Shown: positions 63,577 through 64,000 of the stretch, in pieces
Numbering within the stretch: position 1 is the stretch's first letter
Layout: every line of letters starts with the position of its first letter
Source of the DNA: Tubiluchus corallicola
Taxonomy: Eukaryota > Animalia > Priapulida
NCBI GenBank assembly: GCA_030141605.1
Contig: JAQGDQ010000388.1
Span: 124,001 to 188,000, forward strand
Length of the DNA stretch: 64,000 nt
Reading direction: 5' to 3'
Position numbers and translations under genes: made by a program
The notes under the pieces: model-generated
Databases searched by the model: none
What the model was told of the DNA's origin: nothing
What the model saw: the letters and a program-made list of their open reading frames with translations, nothing else

Positions 63577-64000
63577 CTAAAGAAAACGTACGGAAGGCGA
63601 CACCCATTAAAGTTAATGCAAATGAAAATTACCACATCATTACATAATCTAGCACACGGGTGTGCAAATTATCTAACTAGCCGGGCCACATTAAACATTC
63701 CCGCAATTTCTGCGAGCCACAGGCAGTTTGTTCAAGGAGCCAAGTACAGTAGGACCTAATAACGATTTTTTTGCATCCGGCCTGCGTACATCATTACTAC
63801 TACACTCACGAAAGTTTTTTAGAAGTTATTAAAATTTATATTACAAACCATATATTTCTACTTTCAGGACAGATAGTGGTAATTTCATTACAATGCATAT
63901 TAGTAATGTGTATCATACAGTCTGTGTAGTACAGTGACATTAAGCTACAACCGCCTTGTAAGGGTTAATGACATCCGATCTAGTAGAAAAAACTACCCGC

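Overview
AT-rich genomic DNA from an animal, most likely an invertebrate (spliceosomal GT-AG introns, microsatellites, eukaryotic transposons). I rebuilt four spliced genes by hand. (1) An HMGA-type AT-hook gene on the minus strand: two clear exons, with the 3' end unresolved. (2) A CNBP-family zinc-knuckle gene on the plus strand: 6 coding exons, 258 aa, 10 CCHC knuckles plus an RGG box. (3) TSR2 on the minus strand: 6 exons, 184 aa. (4) A polycystin-1-like gene on the minus strand (GAIN/GPS, TM1, PLAT; 10 in-frame exons) that stops abruptly just before a 7.4 kb Gmr1-type Ty3/gypsy LTR retrotransposon. That element has integrase upstream of RNase H, lacks the RT core, and has no target-site duplication. 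The window also holds pogo/Tc2-like MITEs, a Mutator-like element, a MetaSINE-like SINE, a LINE endonuclease fragment and a 40-bp minisatellite. The most unusual unexplained signal is a ~1.2 kb non-coding block downstream of the CNBP stop (29741-30965), within a structured stretch of ~28.6-31.3 kb. It is packed with nested stems whose non-Watson-Crick positions are mostly G-U on the + strand, and includes a GNRA-capped hairpin and a candidate pseudoknot. It is a candidate large structured RNA that I could not assign to any known family. All pairings and alignments were done by eye and need computational confirmation.
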